This document shows positions 1 through 13,337 of a stretch of 64,000 nt of DNA, in pieces. Below the pieces are notes generated by a model. That model was given only the letters and a program-made list of their open reading frames with translations, did no database searches and was not told the origin of the DNA. Source of the stretch: Octopus sinensis (Eukaryota); the NCBI RefSeq assembly GCF_006345805.1, contig NC_042997.1, positions 104,656,001-104,720,000 of the forward strand, in the 5' to 3' direction. Numbering within the stretch: position 1 is the first letter of the stretch; every line of letters starts with the position of its first letter. Position numbers and translations under genes: made by a program.

Positions 1-1013
1 CTGACTGACTTGTTGGCTTACAATAGAAATAGTATAGAAACAGAATAAAGCTTGCTTTGTTCTAAGGTTAGAAAAAACATAGTTTAAAATAGCTTTCCTC
101 ATTGCTCAAGCTTCTCGCTTCTATATGTTTGGGAGTGTATATACATAGGCGCGAGTGTATGTACGTGTCTGCATATGTGTATGTGTGTGTGTGTGCGTGT
201 GTGGTATTTGGTGTGTGTGTGTGGTTTATATGTTTGTAAGAGTAAGAACATGATTTTTAATTTGTGCCAATTTGCGTGGACCCTATGCGCTTTTTTCTCT
301 CTTTCTCTGTGTTTCCCTCTCTACCTCCCTCTCTCTCTCTCTCTCTCTCTCCTTCCTTTCTTTCCAAATCGCTCACTCTCTTACTTTCACATTCACTCTA
401 CTCTCTCCCCCTCTATCTCCCTCTCTCCCTCTCTCCCTCCTCCCTCCTCCCTCCTCCCCCCTCTCTCTCTCTGCTAATGTATGTATGTAATTCGTTCATG
501 TGATATATAATGGTGTGAGAGATAACATGAATGTAAATATACATTCATCAGCGTATGTGTGTGTGTATGTATATAAATATGTGTGCGTGTATGTGTGTCT
601 ATGTATCTGTCGGGATCTGCGTATGTATTCGTATATTGTATATATTTTGGGCACATCGAAACATGTGTCTGTAATGTGTTTATTTCTGAGCTTCATTGTG
701 ACTGTGCACATGTGTGTGCGTGAGTGTGTGTGTGTGCATGTATGAATGTTTAACCTTGTGTATGCACATGTGTGCATATGTTTATTTCTCTATGTATGCA
801 GGTGTCTATGATCTTTTTTGTATATATTTATGTATGTGTAGAGGAGAGTGCCAATGAAGGTCCCTTTATAATTGAAGAGCTTCAATATGTTGTCAAGCAA
901 TTAGTATAGACTACCCGTCAGTACGTGCGTCTGGAGTGAATCAGATTTCCACCCTATCTTAAACATAGACCTGTAATATTTAGAACGGATCTGCCGCAGC
1001 AGCGTTAGAACTA

Positions 1014-1059
<46 letters not shown>

Positions 1060-1090
1060 GTGAAATGTAAAGAATAAAAATGCAAACAAT

Positions 1091-1128
<38 letters not shown>

Positions 1129-1595
1129 AATAATAATAATAATAATAATAATAATAGTGAAATGTAAAGAATAAAAATGCAAACAATATAAGGAAGTGGG
1201 AATTAAAGGGAATATAAAAGTTGAGTCGGTGCAACTTCAACTGATGTTTGAACGAACGAAACATCCGTGGAGACAAACAGGTGAAGAATAGTTAAAATTT
1301 TCTTTCATATACACCGTTGGTGCTCCAGCACGGCCACATCTTTAGGACTGAAACACGTTACAGAATAAAATAAAGAATAGAGACGGAAATAGAAATGCAA
1401 TCATTGGTAAAGGAAAAGCAGATATACTTCCATAAATTATAGACGAAAGAAATTTGTTGTTTTTCTTTTATATATGTATCCCATACTTTTGCTTTCAAAT
1501 TATAGAATTCTGTATTTAGTTTGTTTTGTTATTATGAATGAGCACATCGTTTCATATCTACTCGTCGTGTATGACCACCTATAGTATCAATATAT

Positions 1596-1673
<78 letters not shown>

Positions 1674-1839
1674 CACTACTACTACTACGACTAATAATAA
1701 TAATAATAATATAATAATAGGAGAACACTCGGCGAGAAACGGAAGAAAATTTGAAGCAAGAAGGGAAAAACATAATAATAATAATAATAATAATATAATA
1801 ATAATAACTCACATTGCCCCATAAGGAGCATAGGGCTGG

Positions 1840-2148
1840 ATAGCAAAAGGGGCTGATTGCTACCTAGCTCAGATACCAGGAAACCCCAAAATGGCAGAAA
1901 TTCAAAAGATAGTGCCCATGGGAACTGCTCATATCCTACGCAAAATACTTTCTATGTAATCTCAAGGTTTAAAACAAACATAATTTTCTTATGGTTTCTT
2001 AAGCATTCTCTAGAACAACACACTATGTACAAAACCAAATATATGACACCCTAGACATAATACCAACATGAACTTCCAACTTGTCTCTTGAGGTCTCTGG
2101 GTGAGACCTGGAGATAACTTGTACAAATGTAAAGCAAAAGTCAAACAT
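1840..2148 (+). mobile_element. 5'-truncated R4/Dong-like (RLE) non-LTR retrotransposon 3' end
   Basis: 1840-1959 translates IAKGADCYLAQIPGNPKMAEIQKIVPMGTAHILRKILSM*; GTAHILRK is the typical C-terminal motif of R4/Dong-type RLE LINEs. The putative 3' UTR runs directly into a long (TAA)n tract. Confidence 0.7.
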
Positions 2149-2189
2149 AATATAATAATAATAATAATATAATAATAATAATAATAATG

Positions 2190-2276
<87 letters not shown>

Positions 2277-2339
2277 GTAATAATAATAATATAATAATAA
2301 TAGTAATAATATAATAATAATAAAATAATAGTAATAATG

Positions 2340-2403
<64 letters not shown>
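2146..2403. repeat. (TAA)n microsatellite
   Basis: About 260 bp of interrupted TAA repeats; source of the poly-Y and poly-I ORFs. Confidence 0.95.
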
Positions 2404-2404
<1 letters not shown>

Positions 2405-2405
<1 letters not shown>

Positions 2406-2610
2406 CTTCCTATTAAAGTTACAAGGCCAAAAGTTTTGGGAGGGGACAAGTCGATTGATTGAACTCCAATGTTTCATTGGTACTTAATTTATCGACCCCG
2501 AAAGGATGAAAGGCAAAGGCGACCTCGGCGGAATTTGAACCCAGAATGTAAAGACGAACGAAATGCCCCTAAGTATTTTGCCCGGCGTGTTAACGATTCT
2601 TCCAGCTCGC
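2405..2610 (-). mobile_element. tRNA-derived SINE, family A (Nin/Deu-like central domain)
   Basis: Reverse complement contains GGGTTCAAATTCC (B box) and GCCTTTCATCCTTTCGGGGTCGATAAATTAAGTACC, shared with about 12 other copies in the window and resembling the Nin/Deu SINE domain. Confidence 0.85.
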
Positions 2611-3559
2611 AATAATAATAATTATGATAATGATGATGATGATGACGACGATGACGAGGACGACTATGTTGATGAGGATGATGATGAAGAGGAAGATTTG
2701 TTGATTTATATTCCAAAATTAATACATCAGTAATATTTCTTCTGCTGAGTCGACGCCGAAACAATTGTAGTGTTATGCAAGAAATAGTGTTGCTCATTCT
2801 ATATTCTATTATTAATATTTCTATGTAAACTCTACAGATATTTCTGTTGAATATCTAGTGATATAATCCATCTCATTGTTTAGTAGTATCTGTTAGCTAA
2901 TACCTGTAAACTAGCATTGTAAAGGAAACTTCAATATTTATACCCATATTCTTCAAACCAATTCCAAGGCTTTATTTTCTTCCGAATCACCCTAGGTAGA
3001 TTAAAAACTAGCACAAAAAATGAAAAAAGCATGCAATTATTGTTGCCATATATGCGGAACATAGTAATTTAGAAATTGTCGACTTTCTAAATTTTGTATG
3101 ATGTTATGGGTGGAATTGTAAACTTCAAACAGAAGAAATTTTCCAAACATTCGGACACTATATGGACACGCGAACTTCAAATACTTTGGTTTACCTTTGA
3201 TAAGAAAATCTTCGACTAAGACATGACAAATTGTTTTGTGCTGATCTGTCTCATGTCCTCATGTCATGCACTCTAATTTTCAAGCTAATTTTCAATTTTT
3301 GGCGGTTTAATGGGTGGCTCATAAAAGCACACATATAGATCATAGCAGACGAGAATTGTCGGTCATGAGCACAAGAACTCCCATATCACCTAATTTCATT
3401 TCATTAGGAATCTTCAATTGGAAGCGTCAGATCACTGCATGAGAGTCAAATACCGCTGCTACGATATGTAGAATATCGGCTTCTTTTCACTAACTGGTGT
3501 CGCAAATAGCCAGTAGGCTTATCAAAAGTGAATTATTAGTGGCGGAAGCAGTATTAATA

Positions 3560-4681
3560 CTTAATTTGACAGTTTGCTGCATAAAAACAAAAGATACCAC
3601 AATATCGCATCCAAAAACAAAAATATTTTAAAATATCAAAAAAGTACCAACTACATTTTAACTGAGAGATAACTGTTAACTCAAAGCAGCCGCCCTCACT
3701 TCCACCTAGAGGCAGTTCCATGGCATTGTGTATACTTTACTCATTGTGTCTCTGGGAATATCTTCGAACACCTCCTGGATCGTGACAATCAGCTTGGCTT
3801 TAAGTGTTGCAAGCAGAGCAGATGGTGTCTTTCTCAGCCGCACCCCGCACATAGTAATCCATAGCATTATAGTCGGGAGAATTAGGAGGCCAGAAATTTG
3901 GGCTAGTGAAGTCGTAGATAATCTCCGACAAACACGCCTCGTACTTTTGGTAGGTAAGGCAAAGAGCTGAGTCCTATGCCACACATATGGCCTTCCAGCA
4001 GCAATTCTCTTTAGCCAGTGATTGATCACAGTCTCCAACAGCTTCAAATAAACGTCTATATTGAACTTAAGGCTCTGTTCAAAATATGGCCATGAACTGC
4101 AGCCTACAGACGCAGTCGGAATGCCTGCTGTGGTTCTTCCTGTTGACCACGACTTCGTAGCCTCTCCGTTGCCGCTATTTTATATCTTACAGCTTGGCAG
4201 ACACGTTAGCGCGCCGGGTGAAATGCTTAGCGGTATTTCGTCTGTCGTTACGTTCTGAGTTCAAATTCCGCCGAGGTCAACTTTGCCTTTCATCCTTTCG
4301 GGGTCGATAAATAAAGTACCAGTTTCGCACTGGGGGCGATATAATCGACTCAATCCCTTCGTCGGTCCTTGTTTGTCCCCTCTATGTTTAGCCCCTTGTG
4401 GGCAGTAAAGAAATATATATCTTACAGCTTTTACAGTGTTCACAGAGCATTGAGCAGCTGTCATGATGTTGGCATATTGATACCCGGTGCCAATCCTCAT
4501 GATACAGCTAAGCCATTTCCAAAATAAATATGGTTTCCAGTTCTGCGTGTCAGCTAACATTTTCTCCACTATAACTCCAAACTTTTGGTTCGCCGACACT
4601 GTAGTCTGATCATCAATATATCAAGCTGTTAAGGGATATAAAGAGACGTAAACATTAGTGAAATCTTGCCCGAACACCTTG

Positions 4682-4682
<1 letters not shown>
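3560..4682 (-). mobile_element. Decayed DD37D (maT-type) Tc1/mariner transposon
   Basis: Minus strand reads RPYVW..DSALCLTYQKYEACLSEIIYDFTSPNFWPPNSPDYNAMDYYV, with 37 residues between the last two catalytic Asp. The N-terminal part lies at about 4430-4600 and a TIR-like end at about 4655-4682. Frameshifted and split by a SINE; left boundary approximate. Confidence 0.75.
4196..4415 (+). mobile_element. Family A SINE inserted in the maT remnant, with 15-bp TSD
   Basis: Family A body plus tail GCCCCTTGTGGGCAGTAAAGAAAT; flanked by perfect direct repeat TATATCTTACAGCTT at 4181-4195 and 4416-4430. Confidence 0.9.
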
Positions 4683-4735
<53 letters not shown>

Positions 4736-4881
4736 ACACATACACACACATATATAACGAGAGAGAGAAAAAGAAGAGAGGGTAACGCATACATCCATGC
4801 GCAGCACACACGCACACTCGCACATACACATGTTTTTATGTAAATGACTATAATAATATATTCATGTATGCATGTACATAC

Positions 4882-4932
<51 letters not shown>

Positions 4933-4944
4933 TATTATATTATT

Positions 4945-5432
4945 ATTAAATTAATATCGATTTTTCACCCTCATTTATAATTTTATAAATTTAACCATGC
5001 GGCAGTTAATATTTTATTTGATGCGGCATACGTTTCCAATGGAGTCTAGGCATGTTTTTGGCGCGGAATTTGAGACATAACTAAAAATGTAATTGGTTGG
5101 ACCGCTGTGTTTTTGACGCCCGAATCGATCTAATTAATTGCATTTCTGACAAACTCTACCGAAGATTTATGGATGCAAGTGTAAGTAAAACTACATATTG
5201 CATTAGTAATGAAACAATTGTATAGAGTCAATCTATTTTATTCGTTGTATTTCACTTTCCTTCAGTTAAATGTGTGTTGGTTCTAGTTGGAAACGGATCT
5301 TCTGTGGTTGCTTCGGAGCTATTTTTAGCACTAGAGTTATCCACATAGTGGATAACTCTCTAATAATTTATGTATAAATTTGTATTTTCTCCGTAGATTT
5401 TTGTGCTAAGCCACTTGGTGTTAAATTGACGG
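4945..5432 (+). mobile_element. (TA)n-flanked element carrying a hammerhead-like motif (probable Penelope-like pLTR)
   Basis: Unique-looking segment between two (TA)n tracts; contains the motif at 5153-5228 and a perfect 12-bp hairpin AGAGTTATCCAC-ATA-GTGGATAACTCT at 5333-5359. Confidence 0.55.
5153..5228 (+). ncRNA. Minimal type I hammerhead ribozyme-like motif
   Basis: ACTCTA / CCGAAGA / long stem II (..ATGCAA..TTGCAT..) / GAAA / CAATTG / TA / TAGAGT: 6-bp stem I, palindromic stem III ACAATTGT, GUA cleavage triplet; U4 replaced by C. Confidence 0.6.
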
Positions 5433-5489
5433 TATATATATATGTATATATATATATTATATATATATATATATATTATATATATATAT

Positions 5490-5521
<32 letters not shown>

Positions 5522-5622
5522 GATAGATAGAGAGATAGATAGATAGATAGATATACATAGATATAGATATGCAATATATATATATATATAGATATATATA
5601 TATATATTATATATATATACAT

Positions 5623-5655
<33 letters not shown>

Positions 5656-6439
5656 ATTTTTATAATTATGTGTATAACTATATTTAGGGTTCAGCAAAAA
5701 CAATTTGCTTCACCACGTAGCGAAAATTTAGAAATAGCAGCCAAACAAATAGCTATTTCTCTACCGTATATATATCAAATAACTTTATATTTCATAAAAC
5801 GGTTTGATCTTATTCCTACCATTAGTAATACTTTCTTAAAGACAATGAGGGCAAACCAATTGAATCATACAAATGTTTGTATAAAAGTTTAGCTTATTTG
5901 GTAGTCATGGACTTTTGTTGTGGATGTATTAACAAAGTTTTATTTATTTTAATAAGTGGTTTTTAAGTGTGTAAAGCTGTTGGTGTAAATCATCAGATTT
6001 TATCGTATGCAATATGAATAGCTGACTATATATTTTTTATTTATTTGAAATGACTCACATATGTGTATCATAATAAAATTTGTTTATATTGCTATGTGTT
6101 ACAAGTATTCTGTTAGAAACATGGTGAAAATACAGAAAACATTATCTATCGCAATAGTACCGTGATGTTGTCAACTAACATACGGTCATGGGAACTTTTC
6201 TACACAACAGCTTCTTTATTTTATAAATTCTTCTTTTGTAATTTCATTTTCAGAAACTGCTACACTTTGGTTTTTCTTTTCCTGTAGTATATGGCACTCG
6301 GGACAAAAATATTAAAGTATTAATAATCATAATGAAATGTAAAATTCCAGACTATTACAGGTAAATTCATGTTAATGTTTTGGAGAAATATTTGCGCATT
6401 TATTTCTCCGCGAAGATATTGTGTTCTACCGGGGGTTTG

Positions 6440-6740
6440 TGCTCTCCGTCAAGTCACAACAAGGACCACAGAAAGACAGTGCTTTACGCAATATGCGTGC
6501 AGTTCCAAGTAGTGGCGATTTTTCCAATACACCTAAATTGTAGGGTATTTCTAAAGTTTCCAAATGGTTTTCCAAACTGGGTGATACTGAACCCAATGCT
6601 CCGATGACAATAGAAACAACCTTTATGTTTGACTCTCGTAGCTGCCACATCATAGTGATCTCAATTCTTAAGTCTCTATATTTATCAATCTTTTCTCTTA
6701 CTTTCATGCTATGTTGATCTGGCACTGGCACGTTGTTTGT
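6440..6740 (-). mobile_element. R4/Dong-like RLE LINE 3' fragment
   Basis: ORF 6426..6890(-) contains PVPD..REKIDKYRDLRIEI..MWQL..KVVSIVIGALGSV..LLGTARILRKAL, the C-terminal part of the RLE domain. Its 5' end lies next to a (TAA)n/(TGA)n tract. Confidence 0.8.
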
Positions 6741-6781
6741 CTCTCCTAAAGGTAATATTAATAATAATAATAATAATAATA

Positions 6782-6814
<33 letters not shown>

Positions 6815-6934
6815 TAATAATGATGATGATGATGATGATGATGAGGAGGAGGAGGAGGAGGAGGATGATGACGACGATGATGATAGTCATTGTTATTATT
6901 ATTATTATTATTATTTTTCGGTGTCGTTAATTTA

Positions 6935-7235
6935 AATACCAGTGAAACTGTAGGGTCGATTTAATCAACTAATCCCCTCTCCCCAGATCTTAGGTCTTGT
7001 CCCTTCAATAGGAGGGATTATTATTATTAAGGCGACGAGCTGGTAGGATCGTTAGCATATCGAGCAAAATGCTTGATGGAATTTCGTCCGTCTTAAAATT
7101 CTGAGTTCAAATTCCACCAAAGTCGGCTCTACCTTTTATTCTTTCGTGTTCGATAAAATAAACACCAGTTACCAGTGTAATCAACTTGTCCCCCACCTCC
7201 AAAAATTTCAGGCGGTGTGCCTGGAGTGGAAAGGT
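6935..7235 (+). mobile_element. Family A SINE (7030-7235) preceded by a partial 3' copy
   Basis: GGCGACGAGCTGG..GAGTTCAAATTCC..TTTCGTGTTCGATAAAATAAACACCAG..AAAATTTCAGGC; diverged. Confidence 0.75.
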
Positions 7236-8284
7236 TATTATTATTAGTTATTATTATTAGTTTCATTTTCTTCTTCTTCTCTTCTTCCCTCTCTTTCTGC
7301 TGTACAACCTTCCCATTTCTTTTTTTATTTTTATTTTACTTTCTTTTCTTAGCATTTATGAATACATATTTTTTGTAGAAATGGTACGAATGGTATATGA
7401 CAAAATATATTGTGTCATGCTCTAAAATACTCTAAGTTAAAAACTGCAAGAAAATAATATGAGACCGATATAAATTCAGCTTAGACATTTAATTTGAAAC
7501 TCGCACATGCACACACACAATCCGTCAGGCTAAGCCGCTAGACGGTGTAGATTCTGTGCAGCCGCACGACATGCAAGAAATAGTTGTATATGTTCCCTTA
7601 AATCACCCACTGTCCACTTAAAAAACGGTAGAAAATAATGCACAATTTATTCCTGAGTAATACAAAAGAATGGGATGATCGCGGCTTGAGTGCATTTGTG
7701 CAGAGCTCAGATTGATGAAAGTTCTCCTCTGGATAAGCTAGATCAAAAAAAGAAGACAACAAGGTTAGATTATTTATATATATTCCTGTTTTTTTTTTCT
7801 TTATAGAAATAAATATGCTTGTGAAAACTGTACTTGATAAATTACATAACACACGATATAGCATAGGAAATATATTAACTCTACATAAATATTTGGTAAT
7901 TTCTTAATTTGAAATATAATTTTAAAGATACATTGACCATCAGTAGGATTTGAACTTCGGTGTGTAACAAAACTATATACAAAATTAAAGACTTTACACA
8001 TGACTATTCTTGCAGTTTCTAGTTTAGAAGAATTGGTTTTGTTTTTCACAAGTAACAAAAGCTGTATTATTTAGGCATTCAGATGAAATGCTGACGGCCA
8101 TACTTCTCTGAAAGTCATGATTAGGGCGTACATTAAGGAAACATGCGTCAGCCAAGAATCAATAATCCTTCCTACACAACTTTTCGTGGGAGACTAAGCG
8201 AAGATGCATGCAAGACTAGAAATAACAGCGAAATTTTCATCGAATTGCGTTATATCATTTGAAAAACGGAAGTTGTTGTTTTCC

Positions 8285-8460
8285 TTTTATCTTTTAATAT
8301 CTTTCATTCATTGAAGTATGGCCATGTAGGAGCACCGACTTGAGGAAATTAGTTAAACAAATCAGCCTATAACTTATTTTTAAGTAAGGTAATTATCCTA
8401 TCAGCCTCTTTTGCTGAACTGCTAAGTTACGGGAGCGTAAACAAAACAAAACCAGCAAGC
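8285..8460 (-). mobile_element. Family C SINE, 3' half
   Basis: Reverse complement matches the 3' half of the full copy at 48773-49165 (CTTAGCAGTTCAGCAAAAGAGGCTGATAG..CATGGCC). Confidence 0.7.
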
Positions 8461-8599
8461 ACACGCACACAAACACACAAGCACAATCGTGCACACAACA
8501 AACACACAGGCACACGCACACACACACACGCACACACACACATGTACACAAACATACACGCGCACACGGACACATACACACACGCATATATAATATCCT

Positions 8600-8770
8600 T
8601 ACACCTCTTTTTTTTCTACGCTTATCTTTTTCTCAATCCTTTCTGTCGGAGAGCGTTGGTTCGAAACGTTAAAGACTTTTCCATTCTTCTCTAGCATTAA
8701 ACTAATACTCCTGCTTGTTGTCCCTTCGTCTGTCTTCGTATTTTATTTTTTTTGTAAATTTGAACTGTAT
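8600..8770 (+). mobile_element. Penelope-like pLTR-type fragment with hammerhead-like motif (CTGTCG-type family)
   Basis: CTTT-CTGTCGG-A-GAGC-GTTG-GTTC-GAAAC-GTT-AAAG at 8639-8674; homologous to 56341-56455, 57219-57360(-) and 57400-57592; ends in (TA)n. Confidence 0.55.
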
Positions 8771-8825
8771 ATTATATATAAATATATATACACACACACA
8801 CACACACACACTCATATATATTATA

Positions 8826-8863
<38 letters not shown>

Positions 8864-8934
8864 TATATATATAGTATATATATATATACCATATTTATAT
8901 ACATTATATATATATATATTATATACTATTATAT

Positions 8935-8969
<35 letters not shown>

Positions 8970-8983
8970 TTATATATTATATA

Positions 8984-9290
8984 TTAAGGTTTGATCAATA
9001 AGTATCTGGGCTCTTGCCATAGTAATACAGCTAGATCACACAAATTGAAGCCGCTCGGCAAAGATTGACCATGAACTCTGTTGTGCTTGTGCACTAAGTT
9101 TTAATGTTCTAACTCACTTCCACTGTTTACAGCAGTGCTTGGAAGGAAGGTGTGCAGAGTGGGATCGTCGCATTGGTCATGACAGAAAAAGTTGTCATGA
9201 TGATACCTATATAGGAGCCTATGTAAAGTTGCAGAAAGTGTATGGAGAGAAGTGTAAGAGTCGCACACAAGTGTACAAGTTGTATCGATG
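8984..9290 (+). mobile_element. Mariner-like transposon 5' fragment
   Basis: TIR-like start AAGGTTTGATCAATAAGTATC after (TA)n; translation KLQKVYGEKCKSRTQVYKLY resembles the mariner N-terminal HTH (..QKVYGEECMSRTQVYEW). Confidence 0.65.
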
Positions 9291-9958
9291 TAGAATCTTG
9301 AATATTGGACGCCATAGCTTCCAGTTGTTTCTTCGAAACATTTAGTCCAACTCCATGTTGATCTCTCAGGGTTTTAGCAAGTTATGAAATAGATGCTAGC
9401 GTTTGACTCCCAAGCAATTGCAAGTACCTGGTCCTCAGTCTAGATGATAAAGGTGAGAACATTTGAAGGGCGCAATGACGTTTAGTTCGGTGGGTAGCAT
9501 AACTCTCGATGCCAAAATTTGGTGGTAATCCCCCTAGGATCTCCTATATGTATATCAGTGTATATTACTCCCGTCTTTCATTCTACCTCAGTAGCTAACC
9601 TGTTTTATTGATGCAGTCTTCTGGGTGTAGCAAAGATGAATTGCCTCTAGTTCTGCAATTAATTCAACAATATAGGGTGAATACACACACACATACACAC
9701 ACACACATACTCTCACACACACACAGTTTTTTCGTATTCCCTTAGCGTAATTCACTGGTGTAAACTGTATGTTTCTCATAGTTTACTCTATCACTTCACG
9801 ATAATGGGTCATCCAGAACCTTTTTAAAAATGACAATTGCCAAAGCTGCCTTGCAGCGAAATCGAACGCAGCACATCATCATTGCCAAGCGAACTTCTTA
9901 ATTATCTATTCATGCTTTATACACATAAACTCACACAACACACACACCACACACATTA

Positions 9959-10058
9959 NNNNNNNNNNNNNNNNNNNNNNNNNNNNNNNNNNNNNNNNNN
10001 NNNNNNNNNNNNNNNNNNNNNNNNNNNNNNNNNNNNNNNNNNNNNNNNNNNNNNNNNN
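9959..10058. other. Assembly gap (100 N)
   Basis: Run of 100 N; true distance across the gap is unknown. Confidence 1.
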
Positions 10059-12326
10059 AGATGTAAATAGAAAGTGCACTTTTTCCTCTATATCATTTTT
10101 CTTCTATTTATTTGCTTTGTTCTGTAACTACATCTTTGACTAATCTCCTTATTCCCTCTGAGTATTCTCTACCTCTTTACGTTTTTATATATAAATCTTA
10201 CCCACTTACTATTCAGCTATCAGTGAATATAGATGTTTACTCTATATTCTTTTCCACTGGTTTTAACCGTCGTCTTTAACATTTCCCTCAAACACATCTT
10301 TCTCCTAACCTCGTTCCATCCCCTCCTTCACTGTCTCTCGTTCAGATTCTACAATAATGTATACCTGTCGTATTCCACGTCTTTAACAATTTGGCTCTTC
10401 TATACTTATTTATCCCTATCTTATTCGTTTACATTTCGTTTCTTCAATGTTGTGTATCGTTTATACACCCATGGCCTCTTTCAATACAGTACACCTTTGA
10501 GCAAATGCTTTTAGCGTGACACCTGGACACGTTGGAAGCTGCTTTTTCTATTCAGTTAGTCGTCTCTTTGGCTTTCAATAAAACAGGAAACCAAAATGTT
10601 GCTTAACTGAGAAAAAAAGATAATTAACAAGTCTCTTTACATAGGCACACACATACGCATTTATACACCTCCACCATGTGTGTGTGTGTGGTGTGAGTAT
10701 GCGTGTATTGTAAATTGCGTGGAATATACAATAACTGCGTTGTGAACTCTTTTTTTGCTGTTGATATATTTCTTATTACTCCGCAAATGCAACACTTGTA
10801 TACATAATTGACAATTGACTTCAACTGGTCTGAAATAGAATACAAATATAGGAAGTCTATGTGGCTATTGCTGAAAAACGTAGGACAAAGGGTCTAAATT
10901 TACTTACCGTTTAACGCTGTGAAATTAAAATCTCCGCTCGAAACATTGGACTATAACTGGCTTTATCATATATCTACCCCTGTGGTCGAGTAACTAGTAA
11001 GATAGAATGTAGTGTAGATGTAGGAAGGCAAAGAGAAAACTACATAAGCGGTTGAACGTGGAACACTTTCGTAATATCTTTATATTTTAATAACGAAACA
11101 CGTTTTTCCGCTTTTCATAAGAATTACATATAACGAGGAAGACACGATCATTTAATAAGGGAACCTCTACATCAATTATGGATGAAACGCTGCCCGCCGG
11201 ATTTTCTGAATGGCATGCCTAACGAAAAATCATTTTGAATTGTCTTTTAGTCTTGTGGTCCGTCAAAGGATGCGTCTTGTTTCGACCCGCTTTTCTAAAA
11301 ATGGTCTTACTTACCAGCTCCACTTTATGAAATCACATGCTAGAAGAATTATGATTATTAACTTCAAAGGCATCGACCATCACTGACTTAGGTCACAGAA
11401 ACATTTTGACAAAAAATTCACATGCCAGTTTCCGTTTTAAGTCTTGTTGATTTTGAAGGCAACGATATTACTTTCATGAAATTGTAGATTGAGCATCTAC
11501 AGGTGAGCGAAATGAGGAATATAGATCTTCTATAGATTTAACTACACGATTGAGGTACTGATGATGAATATGGATGGGGAGTGATCCTAGATATTGAAGA
11601 ATATTGTTATTTTTAATGGCTCTAAAAACTTTGAGATACTGAAGATTAGATAACAAACGATGCATAGCAGATTCAGAGGTGTTCCTCATTTTGAGAATGG
11701 GACACATTTTAGTATGATTCCAATAACATTCTAGAGGGGCTATTTAGATTGAAGTGTTTTGTAAGTAAATATCATAGCTCTGCCTGTTTCCGTTTAACAA
11801 ATTCACTCACAAGGCTTTCGCCAACCCTGGGCCATAGTAAAAGACGGAACCACTGCAATGTAATATAGCGTGTGTCTCAAATTCTATTCTATAAAATAAT
11901 TGAATTTACTCAACTACATCGCAACCAGATTGTTTAAATTATAACATTATCAAGAGTGATACATAAGGAAAAAAACAATAGCATTTGACTGCTGAACTAA
12001 AACATTTGTCCCGTGAGATAATTACATGGCTAAATTGGCCCAGCACTTGACCGGGACAATATTTCACTAACCTAGCTGTGATGCAAGTCAATAATAAACC
12101 GGCAAAGGATTTGAACATGGAACGCAAAGAAATTCAATGTATAACAACGCACTTTTGCCGATGGTCATATAATTGTACCATTCCAGCGACTTCGGTTCTT
12201 GGGAATAATAACAGAGACAAGTGTTCCATAGAACACATCTAATTCCTATAAGAACGAGGAATTTTTCACCGCGAGTAATTAATTTACTCACACTCGCACC
12301 ACACACACAGTATGCACGTGCGCACA

Positions 12327-12384
<58 letters not shown>

Positions 12385-12503
12385 TATATACATATATATA
12401 TACACGCACGACCGCCACATACATACGCACACCTATGTATACATATATGCCATGTGTATGTATATGTGTATATATATACTATATATATATGTGTTATATA
12501 TAT

Positions 12504-12535
<32 letters not shown>

Positions 12536-12571
12536 GTGTGTATATATATCTATGTATATCTATCTACCTAG

Positions 12572-12674
<103 letters not shown>

Positions 12675-13337
12675 TATATACACCATATAGCTGAGTCAAT
12701 GCGTTTGTTCGGGTTCCTGAACCATGCAATCATCCATGACTAGAATAAATGTGGTTTCAACGGCTTCGTAGACGGTGGACAAGTGTGGTACGGTTGTTTA
12801 TCAAACTGGCTAAGCAAGTAATGAACGCTGGAAGCAGGCCATTCTGGACTTCTGCCAAAGAAGGACGGAAATAGATTAAATTAATTGCATAGTCTTGGGT
12901 GTAATTAGAATTTGCAATGTGAAATGTAAAATGAGTGGAGGTTTCTCAAAAGATCTATATTCTGTATTAAAATTTGATATTGGTTAATTCAAAGTTCAAA
13001 TGTGACTTACAAGTAAAACATCAGAATTATAGATAATGATGAATTAATTAATCATGAAGTCTTTTGTCAGGCAAGTAGTATTAAATTGTCTTGACAAGAA
13101 TGCATAATACCGATCATACGGTGAAGTTAATGTTGAATACCAAACTCGCTTTGTCTTCCGTCAGTTCATAAAACTCATAACTCATTTCTGCACACACACA
13201 TACATACATACATACATACATACATACATACATACATACATACATACATACATACATACATACATACATACACAGAACAGACGAACAAGCACACTTACAC
13301 ATATATCTATATTATATGTATATAAATATATTGTCAT

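Noticed and set aside
841-975. GPFIIEELQYVVKQL..VW..DFHPIL, possible LINE pre-RT fragment
   Set aside because: Too short and decayed to assign by eye.
1240-1265. CTGATGTTTGAACGAACGAAACATC hammerhead-like words
   Set aside because: Core incomplete and stems unconvincing.
12006-12059. Possible pre-miRNA hairpin
   Set aside because: Only 8 bp pair; no extended stem and no match to conserved miRNAs I recall.
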